A DNA stretch of 64,000 nucleotides, taken from positions 5,580,001 to 5,644,000 of the forward strand of contig NEEC01000004.1 in assembly GCA_002189035.1 (NCBI GenBank), given 5' to 3'. The notes under the pieces were generated by a model. It ran no database searches, was not told the origin of the DNA, and was given only the letters and a program-made list of their open reading frames with translations. This stretch comes from Utricularia gibba. Lineage: Eukaryota > Plantae > Magnoliophyta. The position numbers were made by a program, and so were the translations under genes. Positions 22,402 through 37,754 of this stretch are shown here, one piece after another (position 1 is the first letter of the stretch; every line of letters begins with the position of its first letter).

Positions 22402-25070
22402 ATGGCTGCGTCTCAGTCCCAGCATCGGTGCGTCTTTGGTGGGTAGTTTCTTCCTGTCGATGGATTTTTGTGTTGCACATGCATGTGTTTTAAAATTTCG
22501 TGCTTTCCTCACGGAGGATTTGCGTTTGGAAGGCAAGAACTTCGATATTCATGTCACAGTTTTATCTTCTGTGTAGTTGGAAATATTCCCTATGATGCTA
22601 GTGAAGAACAGCTTATACAAATATGCGAGGAAGTAGGCCCCGTTGTTAACTTCAGGTGAGCTCGTTAGCTCCCTCATTCTGTCTGCTAGAAGGTTCCTCT
22701 GTTAGGTGTTTATCGCATTTTTTTTAAAATTTCCCTTGATCGTGAGAGTCTTTAGTTTTACAAACCTCCTGCTCACAGCCTTTTTTCCACAGGTCTTTGC
22801 TGTCACTTTTTAACATGGATACTTGCTATTGTTTCTTGTTGTGACCCATTAAAATGTAAATCCTCTTGCTTCTGGTTGTTCAGGTTAGTTGTCGACCGAG
22901 AAACTGGAAAACCAAAGGGCTATGGGTTCTGCGAGTACAAAGATGAAGAAACAGCATTGAGTGCTCGCCGCAATCTTCAGGGTTACGAGATAAATGGGAG
23001 GCAGTTAAGAGTGGACTTTGCTGAGAATGACAAGAGTTCTGACAGGAATCTTGAGGTATAAATCCAATTATTCTGCATGAAACCTCAAGAACGACAATGA
23101 CAAAGCCTCTTTCCTAATAATATTACATTCAAACATTTTTTGGAGGAACTGGGAGTTGGGGACGGAGGGTGGTTTTTGTAGGTGGAATGATGGTGCTAAC
23201 TTTGAAATTGTATAATCTTTTCATTGTTTCTTTTCTTATAAATGCTTGTCGTATTTTCCATTTGACTATGTTTCTTTTAGGGGCGTGGTGGTTCTGCCTC
23301 TGCAACAAATGTTGGTATGGGAAGTATTATGGTTTTCGTTTTGCATCCATTTGCGTGAATGATGTTGCAGCCTTGCTGATTATGAAGTTTCGTTTCCTGA
23401 AATGAAATCCCATTCGCGTTTTTTCTTATACGTGATCTCCTTGGTCAGATCCTGCAAGACATTCTGCTGGTCAAGCAGGAAGCGGACGTCAGAGCCTTGA
23501 ACAGCCAGTTGGATATTCAGTTTCCATGGCTGCTGCAACGGTCATGGCAGGAGCCCTGGGATCTGCTCAGACAGCCAGCATGAGAAATAAGATTGGATTG
23601 GGTACTGACTCTTTGAGTCAGCATTTGGCCATGATGTCGAAGACCCAGTTGACAGAGATAGTTTCCGAATTTAAGGTTGGCCTTATTTACTCTTCACTTT
23701 GGAGCACTCCATGTATTCTTAGTGGTAAAAAAAAATGCAAGCTTTTTAGAACCAAGCATTTTTTCCCTGAGGAGGCCTGCACAATTTGTTTTAGATGCTA
23801 GCCAATCAACACCTTTGAACTTGGTGGACGGTAGATACGCTACTGCAGTTCATCCATGCACGGTAGGCTGTCTCTTGGGGCCTGACGTGGTTTAATTTTG
23901 TGACCTCTACAGGCAATGGCTACCCAAAATAAAGAACAAGCCCGGAAACTGTTGGTAGCCATGCCAAACCTGGCAAAGGCTCTCTTTCAGGCAATCCAAT
24001 TTTTTAATGCGGGTCTTCTCATACACAAAAACATTTTAGTATCATGCCTCTGATGATGCTCCCTTTCTAACCATTGAGAATCATATTCTTGAATCCACCT
24101 TGATGCAGGTAGAAATCATGCTGGGAATGGCTTCCTCACAATTGGTTTGGACACCATATTTTGATTTTTCGTTATTCCTTAGTTTCATGTACTCATCTTT
24201 TAAAGTCTAGGCGGGTGCATTTTGTGTCATATGCAGTTGATGGTGGCAAGTTCTTCTCAACCAGCACCTCAGTCTTCAACACAATCTGTTCAAACTCACA
24301 CTGGGCTGCCTCCTCTTCCAGCAAACAAGATGCAGTCAGCTATGCAAGGTCAGGAAAGCCGCATAACTACTGGCCTACTAAACCACCAGTATGCTGCGGT
24401 TAAGCAGCCTCAAACACCGGTTGTACTGAATTCAGTTCTTCAAACTGGTGACTCGGGTATTCCATCCAAGCATCCTGGTGTGTCAACTTCCTCTTTCACC
24501 CAACAAGCACATCATCCTTCTCTGCTTATGCGCTCCCAGATTTCTTCCGGAAGTATCCAGGTTTTATAACTGAATTAGAAAGTGCGCTCCTTTTGTAGTA
24601 ACAGATTATTTTCTTTAAATCGCGCTAAGTTTTGTGTGTGTGTCCCGTGCACCTTTCTTTACAGCCAGCCTCAACATCGTCTACAATACCAGGGAACATG
24701 GATGTCTCAGGGTATAATTTAGTCACTGATGGAACAACACGACTATTCCACAGCAGCACAGACCAACTGGGGAGAGCAGAAAAGTTGATGAGGTTGAATG
24801 ATGGAAGAGCTACTTCTTCGCCATCCACACAGGCTCCTCAGGTGCGTGAGATCTTTTTCTGCGTTTGGCTTTTTATGTATGGATAATCAAGTTGTAAGCT
24901 CATGACATCGGGATTTGTCGTTGGTCATACAGATACAGCTTCCGCGGGATGTTGATTCTGTGTTGCTTCAGCAGGTTATGAGTCTCACAGCAGAGCAGCT
25001 AGGCTCGTTGCCCCCTGAGGAACGGCTGAAAGTGATGAAACTTCAGCAGGTGCTCCGACAGGTGCGGTAG
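22402..25070 (+). CDS. CSTF64: Cleavage stimulation factor 64 (RRM + hinge + C-terminal domain), 10 exons
   Basis: [13 protein letters not shown]|[26 protein letters not shown]|[31 protein letters not shown].., hinge ALFQ|VEIMLGM, C-terminal [21 protein letters not shown]. Confidence 0.93.
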
Positions 25071-25515
25071 AATGTGCCCGCTGGCGCCCCCCAAGCTCGT
25101 GTAATATTCAGTTGCTAGCGTCTCGTTATACAACGTAGAAAATGAAAGTTTTTTTCCCAGCGACAACTCCTAGCCCCCCTGTTTGCGGTAGCCACAACTC
25201 CACATAGATGATTTTACTCGACTTGAATAATCATGCTAAATTTCCAAAACGACCATGATGATCATCATTATACAAAGTACATCGGGCACACACATGATCA
25301 ATTGGATTGTCGGGATTTTGGATGCAACTTATAAGAGCAAATGAAGTTGACGCCATTTTTTATGGGATGGGAAAAAGGTTTGAGGCAGGGGTGGGGCTTG
25401 GTATGTCGACCACGTAATTGTATGTTGTGTGGTACGCCTGTAACCTCGTCGTGAATGGGGGGCTGGGGTTCACTCACAGGTAACACCCCCTCATGCTCCT
25501 GTGAGTTGCTCGTCA

Positions 25516-28147
25516 ATGGCGTCATCTCCGGAGGGTCAAGGCGGTGAGGATGATGATCAACAACTATCCCCACCGGCGGTGTATCCCAGCCCCCACCCAA
25601 TGATTCTTCTTCTGCTCCTCCACTTGTTCCACCAGGCACTCCACCGCCACCATCATCATCAGAATCACCACCCCCTGCACCCCCGGCATCATCTCCACCT
25701 GCTCCATCAACGTCTCCTCCTCCACCTCCGCCACCACATGATGACTCTGAGGCTTCACCTCCTCCTCCTTCCACTTCACCACCTCAACCCACATTTTCCC
25801 CTCCGCCTCATGACTCACCCCCGTCTCCATCTGTGCCATTGTTATCGCCTCCAGATGGTCATCCCTCTCCTCCATCCAGCAGTCTGCCTCCCTCGCCTCC
25901 TATCATCATCAACACTTCCCCACCTCCTCCTGCATCGATTGGTTCCCCACCATCCACACCACTCAGTTCTCCATCTCCTCCTTCTATGGCACCTCCGTCA
26001 GGCCCTTCTCGAGGAGGCGGGTCTCCTGGTTCTTCATCTCAACCAAGTGGTGATCCTCCATCTCCTGGCTCGAATTCAAATGAAGGAGTCATCATTGCTG
26101 GCATCATAGTTGCAGGAATGGTGATCGTTGCCTTACTCCTCCTGTTGATGTGTACCAGGAGAAAGAAGAAATCAACCTATTACACGAATCCTGTAGCTCC
26201 GCACAGAGGTGAGAATCTCAATTTTTGATAAGAAAAGGAAAAGTATGCAGCATAAACTACATCCCCTGTTATCTTCGCAATGCCTGTAGCTGCCGATCAA
26301 TATTACAAGGACAAGAACCAATGGAACAGTCCACATCCCGGCGACCAAGTTGTAAACATTCCTCCGTCAGGATTCATGGGAACCCCTGTGGGTGGTGGAG
26401 GCGGAGGCGATCGGGGTGCACCACCAGCATTATATACCAGTATTGAGTTTAGTTCCAACTTTTCGGGTCAGCATCAAACTCCTGGTGTAGCACCATCACC
26501 GATTGCCGGAGGCATTACCCAATTCACGTACCAAGACTTGGCTGTGGCCAGTGGTGGATTTTCACCAACGAATCTGTTGGGCCAAGGAGGGTTTGGATTA
26601 GTCCACAAAGGCATTTTGTCCGATAGAAGAGAAGTAGCCATTAAGAGTCTCAAGGCCGGCAGTGGCCAAGGGGAGAGAGAATTTCAGGCCGAAGTCGAAA
26701 TCATCAGCCGCGTTCATCACCGCCACCTCGTCTCCCTCGTAGGGTACTGCATCGCCAATGGACAAAGAATGCTTGTCTACGAATTCGTCCCCAACAAGAC
26801 ACTGGAATTTCATCTCCACGGTAACATGATTGCATCCTTCCTTAGGAAGACCAAGAAAAAGGTCAATTTCGCAACCGTTGTTCATTATATTTGACGATCA
26901 TCTGTAAGGGTTCGCAGGAAAGGGTCAACCGGTGATGGATTGGACGACTAGGCTTCGCATTGCCGTGGGTTCTGCTAAAGGGCTGGCCTATTTGCATGAA
27001 GACTGTATGACTTGTCATTTTATAGTTCAGCATTATCCATGATACAGAGTTTGTGTTTCATCCTCGCCTCACCGGGAGTTTCTCGTCTCTGGTTGCAGGC
27101 AACCCACGGATCATTCACCGTGATATCAAAGCTGCCAACATTCTCCTTGACCACAATTTCGAAGCTATGGTACTACACTGACAACAACACAGCACTAAAA
27201 TTCTCAGTTCTTCGAGAAAGATCTCACCTTAGTCTTCCCCAGGTAGCAGATTTCGGTCTGGCTAAACTCACTTCTGATAACAACACTCATGTCTTTACTC
27301 GAGTAATGGGGACTTTCGGGTAACTAAATCTAGAAGCTTTGCATTTTAACTTCCATCAAATAGCAGCAGATGATATAAAAATTTTGTTTGAATCTCAGAT
27401 ATTTGGCCCCAGAGTACGCATCAAGCGGTAAGCTGACTGAGAAGTCAGACGTTTTCTCGTTTGGGGTGATGCTGTTAGAGCTGATAACAGGCCGGAGACC
27501 CGTAGACGTCACTAATGTAGCCATGGAAGACAGTTTAGTAGATTGGGTTAGTTCTCGACATAACATTTGTCTGTATCCCGATCTTTCATGTGCTCTATCT
27601 TCACAATTTGAGTTCATATTCAGGCACGGCCTCTTCTCACCAAAGCCATGGAAAATGGAGATTACAGTGAATTGGTTGATCCTCGTCTCGGAGACAACTA
27701 CATCCAGGAAGAGCTAGCGCACATGGCTTCCTGCGCTGCTGCCAGCATCCGCCACTCTTCCAGACGGCGGCCGAAAATGAGCCAGGTCCATAGTCAAAAT
27801 AGTTGGATCATAATGCCAAAGCAAATCATTATCAGTAGTTAGAGAGAGCGTTGCTGTTGCAGATTGTGCGGGCTCTAGAGGGAGATTCTTCCTTGGATGA
27901 CCCGAACGAGGGCGTGACGCAAGGGCATAGCGTGGTGTGCAACCCGATCGGGGGTACAGAAGCATACGACACGAGAGCGTACAACGCAGACATGATGAAA
28001 TTCAGGAAGATGGTGATATCGAGTCAAGATCCCGACAGCAGCCAGTACGGAACCACCAGCGAGTATGGCCTCAATCCGTCTTTCTCAAGCGACGAGAGCG
28101 GCACACAAACCCCAGAAACGAGGAGCTTTAGCCGACCAATGCATTGA
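25516..28147 (+). CDS. PERK4: Proline-rich extensin-like receptor kinase (PERK4-like), with a 1-nt frameshift near 25570-25580 as assembled
   Basis: Ser/Pro-rich ectodomain, [25 protein letters not shown], kinase [78 protein letters not shown]. The Pro-rich frame is closed upstream by TGA 25554-25556. Confidence 0.88.
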
Positions 28148-28295
28148 AACGGCACAGACCCAACTCAAAAACCACCATTCAAACTGGGGCTGTGTTGCAC
28201 GCGGCCATGCCATCCATCAAGCAACATTAGAAAAAAGCAAACAAACCAAGCGCCACCAGTCTTTTCCTACGAGGCTGGGCATATAAAAAGTGCCC

Positions 28296-28379
28296 ATTTT
28301 TTTCAGAGTTGACTAAGAAAGTCCTAATCTGTGGTCGATTTTTTTCAGAGATGACTAAAAAAGTCCTAATCTGTGGTCG
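28296..28379. repeat. 42-bp direct tandem duplication (2 copies, 2 mismatches)
   Basis: atttttttcagag(t/a)tgactaa(g/a)aaagtcctaatctgtggtcg occurs twice. Confidence 0.9.
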
Positions 28380-28689
28380 GTGTCAATTGCATACCATTCA
28401 GGTGATGGTAACTATCAGAACCCAACTTTCAAGATAGATTCGGGAACTAGTTGTGTCTACTAGCGAGACACGTTTGGGTTTTAACTGTGTGGAATTGTAG
28501 CGGGCCGTGTAGCCCATAGGCTCCGTTTCAGGAGGACCCGGAACCGAGGATTGATCTAGACATAAAAGACACCTTACTACAACCGGAAAGGATTTAGGAG
28601 CGATCATCGAAGCCCATTGTTGATGTGCATCTGCACTAGATCATTGCCTGTCTAGTACGCTCGCTGTTGTTGCTGTGTGGTGAGTACAG

Positions 28690-32513
<3,824 letters not shown>

Positions 32514-33000
32514 GAATGATGGTTACACACACTAGAGTGTTGACTTCCATTCATCAGAGCCTGCTGGGAGCTGCTACGCGAATGCTTAAAATAAGGTGAA
32601 ATTCGGAATAATTGTGGATGGGCTCTGTAACTTCAGAAGCAAACATCTGCAGTAGTTTATCTACCATTGATATTTGTCTCCTATGGCGTGCTTTACGGTG
32701 ATCACTTCCCTGACTGATTTCGATGTCTCTGAGATGAATAATCTTACGCTACTGGAAAGCAGGCTAGCTGCTACAACTCCTGCAGGAACAAGATCAGCAA
32801 ACCGGAACCAAAAGACCCGTTCACCTTTATTCAAAAGCAAGTTTTCCTGAGTCAACAACCCCGCTACAAAGCCTTCTGGCGGCCTAAGGCATGGCATATG
32901 GTAATAAGTTTAACTACCAGACGGATGCGTTACGTGAGCAGTAATCAAATGCACAGGAGTGAGAGTTCAAGAATGTTTACTGGCTCCGAGGCGCAATACC

Positions 33001-33309
33001 TTATTTCGATCTCTTCCCCTCCTTCTTCTTGATAACTTCATCGACATACATGATTCCTTTCCCTTTGTAAACCTCTGGGGGCTTGCAACTCCGAACCGCA
33101 GCAGCGAATTGGTGTACCCTTCCCTTATCGATTCCAGTGCAGCAAATGACATTGTTCTTGAAGCAAAATACGCGTACAGCGGGAGGCACAGTCAACTCAA
33201 CCTCGTGGCTGTAGCCGAGCTTAAGGTACAACAGACGCCCCTCTGCCTCTGCTCTAGCCTTGAAACCCACTCCGACCATCTTAAGGAACCGAAAGAACTT
33301 TGATTCCAT
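33001..33309 (-). CDS. RPL6: Mitochondrial ribosomal protein L6 (uL6m), short plant form
   Basis: MESKFFRFLKMVGVGFKARAE..LYLKLGYSHEV..KPPEVYKGKGIMY; the 5' UTR probably contains introns up to about 34050. Confidence 0.93.
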   Translation of the reverse strand: MESKFFRFLKMVGVGFKARAEAEGRLLYLKLGYSHEVELTVPPAVRVFCFKNNVICCTGIDKGRVHQFAAAVRSCKPPEVYKGKGIMYVDEVIKKKEGKRSK

Positions 33310-34107
33310 TACTCTGATACCACGGGAACGTTGTACAACATGTTAACGATGACCATGAACGAAGCAACACTACAAGGCATTGTTTTCTCTACCTTACCAA
33401 ATCTTGATCTTGCACTTCTCAAGAGCACCTAGTTTCAAGTCTCACTGAAACCAACTTGATGGCACACTGGTCACCTGCAGGACAAGAACTTTTTCTAGAA
33501 ACAATGTAAAACTCTTCAAGGGAGATGAGACTTTAGAATAAGGTTCATGGAACCGCTAATGGCTGGTAAATGATACAGGCATATGAAAGCAACAGAATGT
33601 ACAGGCCAACGGGCAACCATGGATAGGACACACTGGTATTTGCATAAACCCATGTGACTACGAGGAGGAGGCGGAAAACTAAACTACGACAAGGCGAATG
33701 CATCGTTAGAATGATATGAAAATACCAAATCTGGCTTTCATTTAGTCGAAACTCATTTTTTGCATTCGAGTCGAGATGCATATCAGCTACAGGAAATCCC
33801 AAAAAAAAAAAAAAAAAATTCTGTAGTGGCGCTGGGCTAGACGCATTCCAAAGTAAATCAAATAACGACACAATTTCGGCATCATTGTGTCAAACAGTTG
33901 GTGATCATAAAGAAATTACCTCAGGGAAAAGGTCAAAACAACAGTGATGATGGAGACGTGCAGGTGTACAATTTCACGGCGTTGAAAGCCAGAGAAATGA
34001 TCGTTTGAAGTGTCTCTACCCCCCATGTACGGCTGACGGAAAACCCACATCCCTCGGAAAAGGTCGCGCCTGCGCTTGAGCTTGAGCCTGAGCAGCGTTA
34101 AATGGAC

Positions 34108-34248
34108 TGGGCCCAAGTCGGTCAATGGGTAAGAATGCAAGGCCCCCATAGATAATGGACTTTCCGGCTCATTTACTAACATCAAAGGAAGCTCGGCCCA
34201 TACCAATTTATGGGCTCCCTCCTCTCGCAGCCCATTTTTTCTAGCCCA
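34108..34248. promoter_or_regulatory. Cluster of site II (TGGGCY/RGCCCA) motifs in the divergent RPL6/ATG4 promoter
   Basis: TGGGCC about 34108, GGCCCA 34195, TGGGCT 34211, AGCCCA 34229 and 34243. Confidence 0.55.
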
Positions 34249-34510
34249 AAATAAGTGTTACTAGAATTATAATAACAAATTACATATTCCGAGCCCGCCC
34301 CTGCAAACCTTATTTGAGTTCCTTCTTTCGGTTCGGTCCCATTTGTAAGGTTAGGCGGAGTCGGTTGTGCCCGGGGGCTACCTCTGTATGTATCCTTTTT
34401 CTTTGTCGCCCAGCTATAGTATAATTTCCCAGGAATAGGAGATGATGGAACTCGTGTCTACATGCCTAGAAATTCTTGAATTCCAAGTTTACTCATATCT
34501 TAATTAGTTG

Positions 34511-37159
34511 ATGAAGGGCTGTGGGGAGATCAAAAGTGATCTGATTCACAGTTCCGGGAGCGAAGAGTTGCACTTTGGCAATTTTCCGATAATAGATTTG
34601 GGTTCCGTCTCATCTGAGGCGGAGAAAGGTGCCGAGAACTGTAAGCACCGAAACTCTGCATCTATTTGGACTGGAATTTGGCCTCCGTCATTACCATTTT
34701 TTAGGGATTCCGGTTGTGCCCGCTTCCCAAGCGAATCCAAAATTTCTGCTAGTAGCGGACATCATAGGGGAAGGTCGTTGTTTGGAAAGAACCATCATGA
34801 CGGGTGGAAGTCAGCCATTAGGCGTGTTGTGATGAACGGTGGATCGATGAGAAGAATCTGGGGCTTTAGTAGGACGTGGGCTTCAGCTTCCAAGGCTGAA
34901 ATTTGGCTTTTGGGAGTTTGTTATCAGGTATCTCAGGAAGGTGATGAATGTAATGACCCAACTCAGAGTGAGGGGTTTTGTGCTTTTGTCGAGGACTTCT
35001 CTTCAAGGATTTGGATTACATATCGCAAGGGTACTTTTTGAGATAGCGATATATTGTTGTGATATTGCGGAAAATAATACTCATGTGCCGTTTTTCAGGG
35101 TTTTCACCCATTGGGGACTCAAAATACTCTAGCGATGCCAACTGGGGATGCATGCTTCGAAGTAGCCAGATGCTTGTTGCTCAGGTTTCAGTCTCTGCTG
35201 TTTCTTGTTCATGCAAAATTTTCTCTGTTGTCACGAGTCCTCATTTTTCCCCGTTGGCTCAGGCGTTTCTATTTCTTAAACTGGGAAGGTCATGGAGGAA
35301 GCCTTGTGAGAAGGTATAGCAACGGGCATAAGAGTTTTCTTCCCTTGTCTTATGAATTTTCCATATTGGGAGATTTTATCGAACTGCCATAGCTAGTTCA
35401 CATGCTAGTAAAAAAGGTTAAAGATTGTTTCTTCTCTTGACAGCCTTACGACCACTTAGACTTACTGCAACTTTTTGGTGATTCTGAGGAATCACCTTGT
35501 TCTATACACAATCTTCTTAAAGCCGGTATGGCTTATGGTCTTTCTCCTGGATCATGGGTTGGGCCATATGCGATGTGCCGGGCTTGGGAGTGTTTGCTGA
35601 GGAATTCAAACAATGAATTCCTTGGCTCAATGATGGCTTTGCATGTGGTTTCTGGTGATGAAGATGGTGAAAGAGGTGGTGCACCAGTGCTTTGCACGGA
35701 GGATGTATCTAGGCGGTGTTATGAGTTCAGTAGAAGCCAAATGGATTGGGCACCTATCCTGTTGTTGGTTCCTTTGGTTCTTGGATTAGAGAAGATCAAT
35801 CCTAGGTAAGTATTGTTTTCTAGGGAGTGCAACTTAAAGCTTAAATACATTGGATTCATAGACCATTCAAGTGTGGAAATATTGTTGTCTTTGTCTGGCA
35901 CTGCATCTTAAACGAATTCAGTGTTTAGAGGGTAGTATTTATACAGTTAGTATGTGTAGTTTCCATTCTCACAGTAAATCTCACAGTAAATTAGATTTCC
36001 ATTCTCAGGTAGGTATGTGTATCTAAAATGTGCTGCTTTACTCAGGTACATTCCATTGCTCAGTGCTACATTCACATTTCCCCAGAGCCTTGGCATTTTG
36101 GGTGGTAGACCGGGCGCCTCAACTTACATTGTTGGAGTGCAAGATGAAAAAGCTATCTATCTTGATCCACATGATATCCAGCAGGTTTCTTATCATTTTA
36201 CTTCAGAAGGTTTCTATTTTGACGTTATTGCTTGCTGAGTGTTGCATGATAACCATTGTGTTTTGTTTTTCACGAACCACTGCACAACATGAAATTCCGC
36301 CAACTTTTTGTAATGTTGGAATTATTTGTAAGTGGCCCATCTCAATGATCATGGTTCATATTTCTCTGCTCCCTGCTTACCTGAAAGGCGCATTCTAATT
36401 TGTTTAACAAGTTCTGTCGAGTTCTTTATTGCCCCATTGTTGCTGGTGCCCTGTCATTATGTTAGAACTGAGGCCTCTTCTCTTTCCATTTTTTCCTGAT
36501 TTTTGAAAGGAATACAGTGGGAATGGATCTAAATGTATTTAATTTTATCATTTACAAACTTATTTTCGCTGTTCCTTATGTGAGAAATAGCCTGAAACTT
36601 ATACTCCACGATGGAATGTGTAGCTTGGCTTTGCCTGTGATTTCTTGTTCTTGCTTTCAGGCGGTGGACATGCACAAGGGTGACGTAGATTCAGGCATCT
36701 TGACGTACCATTGCAAGTAGGTGATTCCTGCCGGTTAAATGACATCATACAGTGAATAAAAAACATATATATCTTTGGTCTAAACTAACGTTGCATTTGT
36801 TCGCACGTGGTTTCTGCTTTCAGTGTTGTGCGGCAAATGCCTCTGAATTCAATCGATTCATCCCTGGCAGTGGGATTTTTTTGCAGGGACAAGAGTATGG
36901 CCAGGCTCCATTTTTCTTTTTTCTCTCTAACTCTTGGGTGTGATTGTCATGAGCTGAACGAATTTATTGAACAGGCGACTTTGATGATTTCTGTTCACGT
37001 GCATCAGAACTCATGAATGAATCAAATGGTGCCCCACTGTTCACAATCAGTTCCTCGAGAACCGAAAATAATGCTACCCCCACAATACGAGATGATGATA
37101 TCGTCGATGGGCTGGGCAGCTATGAACAGCCACAAGAAGATGACTGGCAGCTGGTTTGA
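34511..37159 (+). CDS. ATG4: Autophagy cysteine protease ATG4
   Basis: IWITYRKG|FSPIGDSKYSSDANWGCMLRSSQMLVAQ (catalytic Cys), GSWVGPYAMCR, SLGILGGRPGASTYIVG..YLDPH (Asp-His), C-terminal EDDWQLV. Confidence 0.95.
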
Positions 37160-37754
37160 TCTCAGAAAAAAAGTTGATGATTCGTCAGCCTCTCAATGGT
37201 CACGTTTGTAGTTGATGAGTTCTGGGTTGCTTGCTTTAAGCTGTGAAGAAAGGTGGTCAGTTATACAGCGGCCACGGTGTCACCTCATATCAAGGTTGGA
37301 TGAATCCATTTCATTTGGTTTACTCATGCCATGGTTTGTATTGTTTTATTTTATTGAAACTGGATGGATGGGGATATGGTATCCTCCGATTGATTTGATT
37401 TGATTCTCCCAGCCGGATGTATATATGTCCAAGATGCTTTGTCTTCTTAAGAATGGTTATACGGAATTTATGTGTTTCTTGATGATGAATTCACTGCAGC
37501 ATCCTTCGGGGCGTTTGACAACTTCAAATTTGATAGCAACTACACCAGTTAAAACTGCTGCCAACCTCCATCTGCAATAATAAAAAAATGTATACTCGAA
37601 ATGGTAGTATATATGGAAATGGCTCAGGCCGTTGCAAGACTTTGGTTGTCTGTATCCTCTACCGAGCTGATCTAGAGTGTAGACAAAATATCAGGCATTA
37701 ATCTAGAGTTGATCATCCTTTTTTTTCGTATTCAGAATGGTGCGTTTGTAGTGG

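Noticed and set aside
25298-25875. Gly/Glu-rich minus-strand ORFs over the PERK N-terminus
   Set aside because: They are antisense shadows of Pro/Ser codons.
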